DNA from: a bacterium
GTDB lineage: Bacteria; UBA8248
Assembly (NCBI GenBank): GCA_965204535.1
Contig: CBDBEV010000001.1
Coordinates: 2,432,001 to 2,496,000 of the forward strand
DNA length: 64,000 nucleotides
Direction of reading: 5' to 3'
Shown here: piece after piece, positions 9,283-17,700 of the stretch
How the letters are laid out: each line of letters begins with the position of its first letter
Numbering within the stretch: the stretch's first letter is position 1
The notes under the pieces: model-generated
Database searches by the model: none
The model's input: only the letters and a program-made list of their open reading frames with translations
Told to the model about the DNA's origin: nothing
Program-made: the position numbers and the translations under genes

Positions 9283-9651
9283 TCAGTCCCCATCATCTTC
9301 GGGTGAGAGTTTCCGGTTGAAAAAGTAATCCGCGTTCAGCCAGATGGCGCGGGAGTAGCGAAACGAGAATAGCGGAATCAGGATGCAAAGCCCACCCCAG
9401 ACGATGAGTTGCGCCGCGAGACCCGGCGCCAGGAAGATTTCGGTGAGCAGATAACCGCCCAGGCAGATGATGACCGTGATGGCGTAGTTGATGTAGATGG
9501 CGCCGACGAAATAGCCCTGCTCACGCTCGATGAGGTAGCCGCAGCCCGGGCATCTCTCGTGCATGCGAAAAGGACCCGTGAAGAGGGGTTCGGGACATCT
9601 TGGGCACATCAGGGCGCATCCGCGTCTCAGGGCGCGCAGGAGTTCTCTCAT
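9283..9651 (-). CDS. DUF983-family membrane protein
   Basis: CPRC...CPGCG Zn-ribbon-like motif, EQGYFVGA, two TM helices; start overlaps upstream stop. Confidence 0.75.
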   Translation of the reverse strand: MRELLRALRRGCALMCPRCPEPLFTGPFRMHERCPGCGYLIEREQGYFVGAIYINYAITVIICLGGYLLTEIFLAPGLAAQLIVWGGLCILIPLFSFRYSRAIWLNADYFFNRKLSPEDDGD

Positions 9652-10073
9652 GCCCTCGGATAGAGAACGTAGAGGAGCAGGTAGACCATGACGCCCGTCC
9701 AGGAAACGTAGAGCCAGATGGGGTACGTCCAGCGGGCGATGCGGCGGTGCCGCTCGAAATCCCCCCGCCACGCCCGGTAAAGGGTGATGATCGCCATGGG
9801 CGGCACGAGGACGGCCAGGGCCGAATGCGTGATGAGGATGAAGAAATACACCTTGCGAATCCAGCCCTCGCCGGTGAAGCCGACCGAACCTACGTTGAAA
9901 TGATAGATGAGATAGGAGATGAGGAACAAAGTGGAGACCGCGAACGCGCTCACCATCAGGCGTTTATGGACTTCCACGTTCTTGGCGTAGATTTGCCGCA
10001 CGCCCACCATGAGCAGGATCGCGCTCGTCGTGTTCAACAAGGCGTTCAGGGTGGGCAGATCTCGAAGCGACAT
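9648..10073 (-). CDS. DUF420 (CtaM/YozB-like) membrane protein
   Basis: LPTLNALLN, HKRLM, LITHSALA, HRRIARWTYPIWLYVSWTG. Confidence 0.9.
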   Translation of the reverse strand: MSLRDLPTLNALLNTTSAILLMVGVRQIYAKNVEVHKRLMVSAFAVSTLFLISYLIYHFNVGSVGFTGEGWIRKVYFFILITHSALAVLVPPMAIITLYRAWRGDFERHRRIARWTYPIWLYVSWTGVMVYLLLYVLYPRA

Positions 10074-10117
10074 GAATTATTTGGTTTTTGAAGCGTCTGG
10101 CGGCGAGCAGGAGCGGC

Positions 10118-10414
10118 CTAGAAATCCGGCAGCACCATCAGCACGACGAACACGCACAGGATGAGCGGAATCATGGCGATGAAGCCCAGCGCCAGCTTCT
10201 CGAACTTCAAGTGCATGAAGTAAAGCGCCACGAGCGCCGCCTTGGCAACGGCCATGATGACGAGGAGCGCGCCCTTCAATAACTGCGGATAGGCGGGGCT
10301 TGCCTCGGGTATGCCTGCCAGAACTTCGAGAATCGTGAGCGCCAGGAGCCACCAGAAGATGGTCATGTAGCTCACGTGATGATCGTCGTGTTGCGCGTGG
10401 CTTTCGCTTGCCAT
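10118..10414 (-). CDS. Cytochrome c oxidase subunit IV
   Basis: LLALTILEV, KAALVALYFMHLKFE signature. Confidence 0.88.
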   Translation of the reverse strand: MASESHAQHDDHHVSYMTIFWWLLALTILEVLAGIPEASPAYPQLLKGALLVIMAVAKAALVALYFMHLKFEKLALGFIAMIPLILCVFVVLMVLPDF

Positions 10415-10470
10415 GATGTATGTGCTCTCCCTCGAACGAACCGGGCGCGCCGGGGACGCGCCCGAGATGG

Positions 10471-11094
10471 TTACAACAGATAGATGAACGTGAACACGAG
10501 AATCCAGACGAGGTCCACGAAGTGCCAGTAGAGGCCCGCGATTTCCACCTCGTTCCAGTTCGTCGCTGAATAGACGCCCTTTTTGCCGCGTAACGCGATG
10601 ACGGCGAGGTAGATGACGCCGCCGGTCACGTGCATGCCGTGGAAGCCCGTGATGATGTAGAAGGTGGTGCCGAAGAGGCTGTCGCCCCATTTGTTGGCGG
10701 CGAGGCCCAACCCCAAGTTAATCAGGTGGGTCCATTCATAGGCCTGCAATGCCAGGAAGATAAGGCCGCCGCCTACGGTGAGCCACATGTACTTGACCAG
10801 TCCGTCCTGATCGCCTTTCTTGATGGCGTCCAGGCCCTTCACCATCGTCACGCTGCTGCATATGAGCAGGAACGTCATGAACGCGGTGAGCGAGATGCCC
10901 AGCACCTCGGTGGGGTTCGGCCAGTTCGCGCTGTTGCCCCGCATGATGGCGTAACCCGCCAGCAAGGTTCCGAACGACATGGCGTCGCCCGCCAGAAATA
11001 CCCACATCCCCAGCTTGCCCCAGCTTTCTGGGGTAAGCGGCGTTTCCGCTGGTTCCACTCCGTGGGCGTGATCCACGGCGGCGGCTTCACTCAC
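10471..11094 (-). CDS. Cytochrome c oxidase subunit III (second copy)
   Basis: KLGMWVFL, TGFHGMHV, GLYWHFVDLVW. Confidence 0.92.
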   Translation of the reverse strand: MSEAAAVDHAHGVEPAETPLTPESWGKLGMWVFLAGDAMSFGTLLAGYAIMRGNSANWPNPTEVLGISLTAFMTFLLICSSVTMVKGLDAIKKGDQDGLVKYMWLTVGGGLIFLALQAYEWTHLINLGLGLAANKWGDSLFGTTFYIITGFHGMHVTGGVIYLAVIALRGKKGVYSATNWNEVEIAGLYWHFVDLVWILVFTFIYLL

Positions 11095-11109
11095 TGCGCC
11101 TTCTCCTTC

Positions 11110-11346
11110 TTAATCAGTAAAAATGCCTTTGTTCACCGGCTCTCTTTTCGAGCGCCGGAAATTGTATACGAAATAACCGCCCGTCACCGTGGCGATCACG
11201 AACGGCATGCTGATCAGAAAACCCATGCTCCAGAGAAAACCGGGCTCGCTGTCCACTCCGCACACCGCACAGGCGAAGGCGTAGTCCTGGACAGACAGGA
11301 CGAGGCCCAAAGCTGTAGCGATGAGAACGGCAACGACTGGTTTCAC
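11110..11346 (-). CDS. Small CxxC membrane protein (78 aa)
   Basis: AAGGAG RBS + GTG; signal peptide ending AFA, then CAVC and one TM helix. Confidence 0.7.
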   Translation of the reverse strand: MKPVVAVLIATALGLVLSVQDYAFACAVCGVDSEPGFLWSMGFLISMPFVIATVTGGYFVYNFRRSKREPVNKGIFTD

Positions 11347-11364
11347 CTGAATCTCCTTGAAGCG

Positions 11365-11394
11365 AGTATGCCACCCGCTTCGCGAAAGTGTCAA
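11365..11394 (-). promoter_or_regulatory. Candidate internal sigma70 promoter in cox operon
   Basis: Minus-strand TTGACA-N18-CATACT just upstream of the CxxC gene RBS. Confidence 0.45.
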
Positions 11395-11417
11395 CGTTTC
11401 AAGCCTTTCCTGCGTCA

Positions 11418-12122
11418 TCAGAGCAGGTAGACCAGATAGAACAGAATCGGCCAAAGCCCCACTACGAGATGCCAGTACATCGCGCATGCGACCACCCCGT
11501 TGGGATTGCGGGCGGAGTATTTTCCCATATGCGCGCGAACGAGAACAGCGACCAGCCAGACGACCGCGCTCAACACGTGAAACCCGTGCGTTCCGATGAT
11601 GGAGTAGAAGAGCGAGCCATACACGTTCGCCGAAGCGGTGAGTCCGAAGCTGACCAGCCGCACCCATTCATATCCCTGGATGGCGAGGAAGACGACGCCC
11701 AGAACGCCGGTGACCGTGAGCAGGCGCGGCAGGACCTTCGCGTCGCCTCTTTTGAGCGCAAGCTGCGCGCGGACCATCGTGTAGCTGCTCAGCAGCAGGA
11801 GGGCCGTGTTGACGGCGGTCACTTCCACCGGCAGGCGTGGCTGAAAGGGCGGCGGCCAGGGCTTCCCGCTGAAGCGGAAGACCAGGAAGGCCCCAATCAA
11901 GCCCGAGAAGAACATGATTTCGGCCGCGATCAGGACCAGCATGGCGAGCTGGGTGTTTCCGATTACGGGTTTTCCGGAGGGTGAGGATTCCCGGGAATCG
12001 TCTCCGTTTCCTCCTCCCCCGCCCCCGTTGTCATCGGGTGGTTCGGGCGGCGGAGGTGGTGGCGGCGCGCCTTCCCATCGCTCCGGGCTTTTTTTCGGCG
12101 GCGCTTCGAGTACCGGACTCAA
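11418..12122 (-). CDS. Cytochrome c oxidase subunit III (first copy), Pro/Gly-rich N-terminus
   Basis: AEIMFFSGL, NTALLLLSS, GTHGFHV, MYWHLV. Confidence 0.9.
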   Translation of the reverse strand: MSPVLEAPPKKSPERWEGAPPPPPPPEPPDDNGGGGGGNGDDSRESSPSGKPVIGNTQLAMLVLIAAEIMFFSGLIGAFLVFRFSGKPWPPPFQPRLPVEVTAVNTALLLLSSYTMVRAQLALKRGDAKVLPRLLTVTGVLGVVFLAIQGYEWVRLVSFGLTASANVYGSLFYSIIGTHGFHVLSAVVWLVAVLVRAHMGKYSARNPNGVVACAMYWHLVVGLWPILFYLVYLL

Positions 12123-12137
12123 CGAATCTCCTCCCGC

Positions 12138-12260
12138 CTAGTTCTTGATGATGGCCACGGTCCACGCGAAGGCGGCCAGACATACGATGAAGAGAAACAG
12201 CAAAACCCCGGTAAGTCGGATTTTGTTCTTCTTATGCGTCTTGTCCATCGCTTCGTTCAT
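12138..12260 (-). CDS. 40-aa single-TM peptide coupled to heme O synthase gene (CoxF-like position)
   Basis: ATGA overlap with ctaB stop; basic patch KTHKKNKIR followed by hydrophobic helix. Confidence 0.55.
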   Translation of the reverse strand: MNEAMDKTHKKNKIRLTGVLLFLFIVCLAAFAWTVAIIKN

Positions 12261-13147
12261 CCGAAAATCATGGCCAGCAGAAGAGCCGGCAGATAAGTCA
12301 GCGAGTAGTAGAACAAACGCCTCGCGGACACAGAACCTTTTTCTCTGGCCATGTGAACGCCATACCCCAAGTAGATGAACCCCAGGATAGTAGAGAGGAC
12401 GAAATAAAGGGGACCCGCCATGCCGATGAGTGCCGGGGCCATCCCGGCGGGAATGAGCGCCAGGCAATAGGAGACGACCTGCCTGCCCGTGCTCGCGCCG
12501 CCGGGGTCCTCGACGGGCAGAAGCTTGATGTCGGCTCTCGCAAAATCCTCGCGGTACATCACGGCGATCGCCAGCGCGTGGGGGATCTGCCAGAGGAACA
12601 TGATGCAGAACACCACGAACGCCTCGATCGAGAGCGCGCCCGTAGCCGCCGCCCAGCCGATAACCGGCGGCATGGCGCCCGGAATCGCGCCCACCACGCT
12701 GTTCAGCGAGGTCGTGCGCTTGAGCGGCGTATACAGGAACAGGTAAAGCCCGCCGGTGGCCGCGATAAGAAGCGCGGTGAAGGGGTTCACGAAAACGGCC
12801 AGATAGGCCACGCCCGAAAGCATGACGGCCGAACCGAACAGGAGCGCATCGAACTTCAGAAGACGGCCATCGGGAAGCGGGCGTTTTTGTGTGCGGATCA
12901 TCCGCGCGTCCAGGTCTTCCTCGGAAGCCTGGTTGAGCGCCAGCGCGCCGCCCGTTGCAAAGGCCGAGCCGATGAGCGTGTGAATGAGCAGGAGAATATC
13001 GAGGCCCCCGCCCGAGGCGAGGTAGAAGCCCGCGGCGGTGACGACAAGCACCATCGGCAGAATGCGCGGTTTCGTGAGTTCCAGGTAATCCACCGCTCTT
13101 CGCTTGGCGGCGTCGATGTTCATCGCATCCGTGCGAAGATTCGTCAT
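12257..13147 (-). CDS. ctaB: Protoheme IX farnesyltransferase (heme O synthase)
   Basis: LTKPRI, DARMIRTQKRPLPDG, YTPLKR, GAIPGAMPP, LWQIPH. Confidence 0.95.
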   Translation of the reverse strand: MTNLRTDAMNIDAAKRRAVDYLELTKPRILPMVLVVTAAGFYLASGGGLDILLLIHTLIGSAFATGGALALNQASEEDLDARMIRTQKRPLPDGRLLKFDALLFGSAVMLSGVAYLAVFVNPFTALLIAATGGLYLFLYTPLKRTTSLNSVVGAIPGAMPPVIGWAAATGALSIEAFVVFCIMFLWQIPHALAIAVMYREDFARADIKLLPVEDPGGASTGRQVVSYCLALIPAGMAPALIGMAGPLYFVLSTILGFIYLGYGVHMAREKGSVSARRLFYYSLTYLPALLLAMIFG

Positions 13148-14088
13148 GCGCGCGCACCTCCCGCCGCAACGGGCGTTTCGGTGGCCTTTAAGGCAAAGGG
13201 GCCGCCTTTATTGAGGCGAAGGGCTACGACGAGTGAGGCCGCGAAGAGCATCGCGCCCACCAAGACGTGGGCGGAGGTGACAGCGATGATGAGTCCGGGA
13301 GTGAAGGCCTCGCCCATGGCGGCGTATTTGCCGATCCACGAAGAAAATCCGAGCGCAAGCTGGACGAGCAGCAAGACCCACAGGAAGTTCACCTCTTTGG
13401 CGAGGGCGCCCGGGTTCGGCAGCTTCAGTATCCTGTAAGAGAGCAGGATGACGTGGATGGTGCTCAGCGCCGCGAAGAGCAGATGGGCGTCGAGCCTGTT
13501 CCCGGTGTGGCGCAGCACAGCGCCGAAGATGATCTGGACGTAGAGCAGAAAGACCGTGATGAGGCTCAGCCTGGCCAGCCGTCTGTCGTCAACGGTGTCT
13601 GTTTCCTCATGCCAGCCTCGGGAGGTAAACAGCGCCAAACTCACCATGAGGCCGAAGAAAATCTGCGCGACGCAGGCGTGGACGATGGCCAGGTTGAGTT
13701 TGATGAGCACCACCCGCATGCCGCCGAGCAAGCCCTGTAAAATCACCAGACCGACCGCGAACGCACCCAGCCGGCGGATCCATTTGCGCTCATCGGTTTT
13801 CCAGATGGCGGCGGCCGTCAGGATGGTGAGGATCCCCACCAGCGAGCCGAGCAGACGGTGCGAGTGTTCGATGAAGACGCCGCCCACCATCTTCGACCAG
13901 GGAAATAAGAACATGTTGTAGCCGAACGTGGTGGGCCAGTCGGGAACGGCGAGGCCCGAACCGGTGCTTGTCACCAGACCGCCGGCGAGGATAAGCACGA
14001 CGGTGAAGACGCAGGTCAGCAGGGCGAAACGATGGGGCCAGCCTCCCCCTTTCACGGCGGGAAGGCCGGCACGGCGGTCAGATGCCAT
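13144..14088 (-). CDS. ctaA: Heme A synthase (COX15/CtaA)
   Basis: GGLVTSTGSGLAVPDWP, IEHSHR, QGLLGG, conserved His residues. Confidence 0.9.
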   Translation of the reverse strand: MASDRRAGLPAVKGGGWPHRFALLTCVFTVVLILAGGLVTSTGSGLAVPDWPTTFGYNMFLFPWSKMVGGVFIEHSHRLLGSLVGILTILTAAAIWKTDERKWIRRLGAFAVGLVILQGLLGGMRVVLIKLNLAIVHACVAQIFFGLMVSLALFTSRGWHEETDTVDDRRLARLSLITVFLLYVQIIFGAVLRHTGNRLDAHLLFAALSTIHVILLSYRILKLPNPGALAKEVNFLWVLLLVQLALGFSSWIGKYAAMGEAFTPGLIIAVTSAHVLVGAMLFAASLVVALRLNKGGPFALKATETPVAAGGARA

Positions 14089-14124
14089 GCGCGTTCTCTC
14101 CCGGGGTAGTTTGCGTCGGCGGCG

Positions 14125-16098
14125 CTAGTGGCCGGCTTCGGCGTACTTGGGATCGATGGCTTCGGTCTGCGGCGCCCAGTCCGCTTCCTCGCCGGGGACG
14201 CTGTATTCATAGGGTCCGCGCTGGACCACCGGCAGCGTGGGGCCGAAGTTTCCGTGCGGCGCCGGCGTAGGCGCCACCCACTCGAGCGTGTTGGCGTCCC
14301 AGGGATTCTGGGGCGCGTCGGCGCCCAGCGGAGCCATGTTCTTCTCGAGATAGCGGTAGATCCACACCGCAAGCGCGATGGCGACAATCGTGCCCACGAT
14401 GCGCCCGCCCATCGAGAGTTCGGGCTCCATCATGCCCTCGAACAACACCGCCACGCTCTTGTAGCCGATGAAGCCGACCACGATGGCCGAGACCGCCTGG
14501 GTGAGCACGCGGAACCACTTCGCGTTCCAGCGGAAGACGGTGGCGAAGAAGTTGAACACGAAGGGAATCTGCGAGAGTCCCAGCGCCAGCGCGGAGAGGG
14601 TGATCATCACGTTGATCGGCTGCATCCCCTGCAGGAATTCATACTGCATGGGGTTATAGATGCGCCGCATGTGGCCGCCCACGCCCAGGATGTGCATCGG
14701 GAAGAACACCATGTTGAAGAAGATAAACGTGAGCCAGAAGTGCACCTTGCCCAGCGCCTCGTCCATGGACCTTCCGAACATTTTTGGGAACCAGTGCTGT
14801 ATGCCGCCGAAGAGCGCAAAGACGCTGCCGCCGAAGATGACGTAGTGGAAATGCGCCACGATGAAGTAGGTGTCGTGAATGTAGATATCCACCACGTTCG
14901 ACGCCATGAAGATGCCGCTCAGCCCGCCGATGACGAACAGGATGACGAACGCCAGGGCGTGGAGCATCGGCACGGTGAAGCGGATCGAGCCCCCCCATAG
15001 GGTGCCCAGCCAGTTGAAGGTCTTGATTGCCGATGGTATCGCGATGACGAGCGTCGTCATCATGAAGGCCGAACCAAGTGCCGGGTTCATGCCGGACTGG
15101 AACATGTGGTGGCCCCAGACGATCCAGGACAAGAAGGCGATGGCGAGCATGGCGTACACCATGGCCCGGTAGCCGAAAATCGGTTTTCTGCAGTAAACCG
15201 GCAACAACTCCGAAGCGATGCCCATGCCCGGAAGGATGAGGATGTAGACTTCCGGGTGGCCAAAGTACCAGAACAGATGCTGCCACAGGAGGGGTTCGCC
15301 CCCCTTCGCGGGATTGAAGAAGTTGGTCTCGAACACGCGGTCGAATATCATCATCGCGCCCGCGGAGCCCAAGATAGGCAGTGCCAGCAGACCCAGAATG
15401 GCGGTGACGAACAGCGACCACACGACGAGCGGCACCCGGAACCAGGTCATGCCCTCCGTGCGCATGTTGATGAGCGTGGTGATGTAGTTGATCGAGCCCA
15501 TGAGCGAGGAGAAACTGAGCACGAACAGACTTAACGCCCATAACGTCTGCCCCATGAAGACGCCGGTGTATTCCGGCACGGTGGATAACGGCGCGTAACC
15601 GGTCCAGCCGGAAGCGGCGTGTCCTCCCTCGACGAAAAATCCGGCGGTCATGATGACGGCGCCGAGTACGGCGACCCAGAACGAGAGCATGTTCAGCAGC
15701 GGGAACGCCATGTCGCGCGCCCCGATCATCAGCGGGATGAGGAAGTTACCGAAACAGCCCACCAGAATCGGCATCACGACGAGGAACACCATGATGGTCG
15801 CGTGCATGGTGACCGCCATGTTGTAGAAGTTCGGCGTGACGTAGCCCTCGGGCATGCCCTCGCTCTCGTCCGATATCCACTCGAAGCCCCAGACCTGGGT
15901 CTCCGGCCAGGCGAGCTGCCAGCGGAAGATCAGGGCGAGAATTCCGCCGACGACCATCATGATGAGACCGAGCCAGAGGAACTGCCTGGCGATCATCTTG
16001 TGGTCCAGCGAGAAGACGTATGTGCTCCAGAACCCACCCTCGTGGTGGTCGTGAGCGCCGTGTGCGTCTGCCGTGGTTTCGCTCATGGTTTCCTGCAT
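14125..16098 (-). CDS. coxA: Cytochrome c oxidase subunit I, type A1
   Basis: DHK, TMHAT, GHPEVY, VWGHHMF, HDTYFIVAHFHYV. Confidence 0.97.
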   Translation of the reverse strand: MQETMSETTADAHGAHDHHEGGFWSTYVFSLDHKMIARQFLWLGLIMMVVGGILALIFRWQLAWPETQVWGFEWISDESEGMPEGYVTPNFYNMAVTMHATIMVFLVVMPILVGCFGNFLIPLMIGARDMAFPLLNMLSFWVAVLGAVIMTAGFFVEGGHAASGWTGYAPLSTVPEYTGVFMGQTLWALSLFVLSFSSLMGSINYITTLINMRTEGMTWFRVPLVVWSLFVTAILGLLALPILGSAGAMMIFDRVFETNFFNPAKGGEPLLWQHLFWYFGHPEVYILILPGMGIASELLPVYCRKPIFGYRAMVYAMLAIAFLSWIVWGHHMFQSGMNPALGSAFMMTTLVIAIPSAIKTFNWLGTLWGGSIRFTVPMLHALAFVILFVIGGLSGIFMASNVVDIYIHDTYFIVAHFHYVIFGGSVFALFGGIQHWFPKMFGRSMDEALGKVHFWLTFIFFNMVFFPMHILGVGGHMRRIYNPMQYEFLQGMQPINVMITLSALALGLSQIPFVFNFFATVFRWNAKWFRVLTQAVSAIVVGFIGYKSVAVLFEGMMEPELSMGGRIVGTIVAIALAVWIYRYLEKNMAPLGADAPQNPWDANTLEWVAPTPAPHGNFGPTLPVVQRGPYEYSVPGEEADWAPQTEAIDPKYAEAGH

Positions 16099-16189
16099 CC
16101 CTCGTAAGTTTGGTTTACCGGAGGAAAACTCCCGCCGACACGTTCAAAATATGAAAGAGGGCGCGCGCGCCCTCATGAAATACAGTCGT

Positions 16190-16882
16190 TTACTTGTCCT
16201 TCTCTTCCCAGGCCTTCTTGCGCCATTTCGCGTAGTCCGCCTCGGAGTGGACGATGAGTTCCCCGTTCATGCCGGAGTGCCCGAAGCCGCAAAGCTCGGC
16301 GCAGGGGATTTCGTATTTGCCCACCTTGGTCAGCGTGAACCACAGCGGAATCGTGCGGCCCGGAACCACGTCCTGTTTCATGCGGGCCTGGGGGACGAAG
16401 AAGCTGTGGATGACGTCCGCGCCCTTGAGCAAGATGAACACCTGCTTGTTTACGGGCACGTTTAACTGGTTGTCGAGCACCAGATCGTCCTTGGTGCCGA
16501 ATTTCCTGTCGTCTCCCGGGTAGCGGACGATCCAGTTGAACTGCTTGCCGGTTACCTCCACGCGAACGTGGGGGTTCTGGGGGATCGCCAGCTTGAGCTT
16601 CGCCCATGAGGTCTGCGTCATCAGGACGAAGACGAGCAGGATGAAGGTGGGAATCACCGTCCAGAGAATCTCCAGCATGTTGTTGCCGTGCGTGTATTTC
16701 GCCTTCACGCCCGGCTTGGCGCGGTATTTGATGATGAAATACGCCATGACGACGGCGACGGCGATGAAGACGACCACCGTCAGGTAGTAGGACACATAGA
16801 AGAGAAAGTCGATTTCCTCTCCTTCGATGGAGATGTTCTCCGGGAGCCAACTCATCATGATGAAGCGTATCCTCCGGGCCAT
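16190..16882 (-). CDS. coxB: Cytochrome c oxidase subunit II (no fused cytochrome c); start may be ATG near 16858
   Basis: LEILWTVIP, DVIHSF, CAELCGFGHSGM CuA motif. Confidence 0.95.
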   Translation of the reverse strand: MARRIRFIMMSWLPENISIEGEEIDFLFYVSYYLTVVVFIAVAVVMAYFIIKYRAKPGVKAKYTHGNNMLEILWTVIPTFILLVFVLMTQTSWAKLKLAIPQNPHVRVEVTGKQFNWIVRYPGDDRKFGTKDDLVLDNQLNVPVNKQVFILLKGADVIHSFFVPQARMKQDVVPGRTIPLWFTLTKVGKYEIPCAELCGFGHSGMNGELIVHSEADYAKWRKKAWEEKDK

Positions 16883-17041
16883 GCAGCGTGAAGGCGGAGC
16901 GGAGACGCTCCCCCAATAACCGCGAAAAATGTATGGTTACCTTATAACCGCAAGGGGAGTCTAAAGGATAAACAAGAGAGTTTTCAAGCGCGCGCGGGAA
17001 AATAATTTGTATTAAAGGCGGGGGTAGTTTCCCCGTTTTGT

Positions 17042-17071
17042 TTGCAAGATGCGCGTCTTGCGGGCTATAAA
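17042..17071 (+). promoter_or_regulatory. Sigma70-like promoter of tRNA-Arg
   Basis: TTGCAA-N18-TATAAA 8 nt before the tRNA. Confidence 0.55.
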
Positions 17072-17079
17072 GAAATAGC

Positions 17080-17156
<77 letters not shown>

Positions 17157-17170
17157 CCGGATACGAGAAG

Positions 17171-17197
17171 GCCGGGGCCATGCGGCCCCGGTTTTTT
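17171..17197 (+). terminator. Rho-independent terminator after tRNA
   Basis: GCCGGGGCC-ATGC-GGCCCCGGT followed by T-run. Confidence 0.85.
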
Positions 17198-17700
17198 GCT
17201 TCGGATTATTCCTTTGGCTCCCAATACCCCCAAAAATCTCTTGTTGTAGAATGTCTCTACAATATCTCTGTATTCTTCATCGCCCCGGCGTGCTTCCATC
17301 GCCGGTCTCGGGCCTCGCCCCCTTCGCCAGTGAAGGATTTTCACCAAATCCGCCTGGGAACCAAAGGCCGCTCCCCAAGAAATCTTCCGCTGGCCACCCC
17401 CTTGCGAGAGGATTGTTTTTACTGGAAATAACGCTATATGGAGGATTCCGGGGTAATGCTCGGTTTTTTTATGTTTTGCATTTTGTTACGGAAGGGTTAC
17501 AATACAGGATATATGCAAGAACGGATTTATATATGCGCCAATAAAAATTTCGCCCTGTGGATGTTCGGTGTTTTCATCAAGTAGGGAGGAATCTTTATCG
17601 GAGGATGCTCAATGTTTGCGGCGCGGGATGTGACTCCTGACTCCCGCGTTCAGGATGTGCGGCATATTGGGTTGTTTCCTATCAATAAGGAGGCGCTTGT

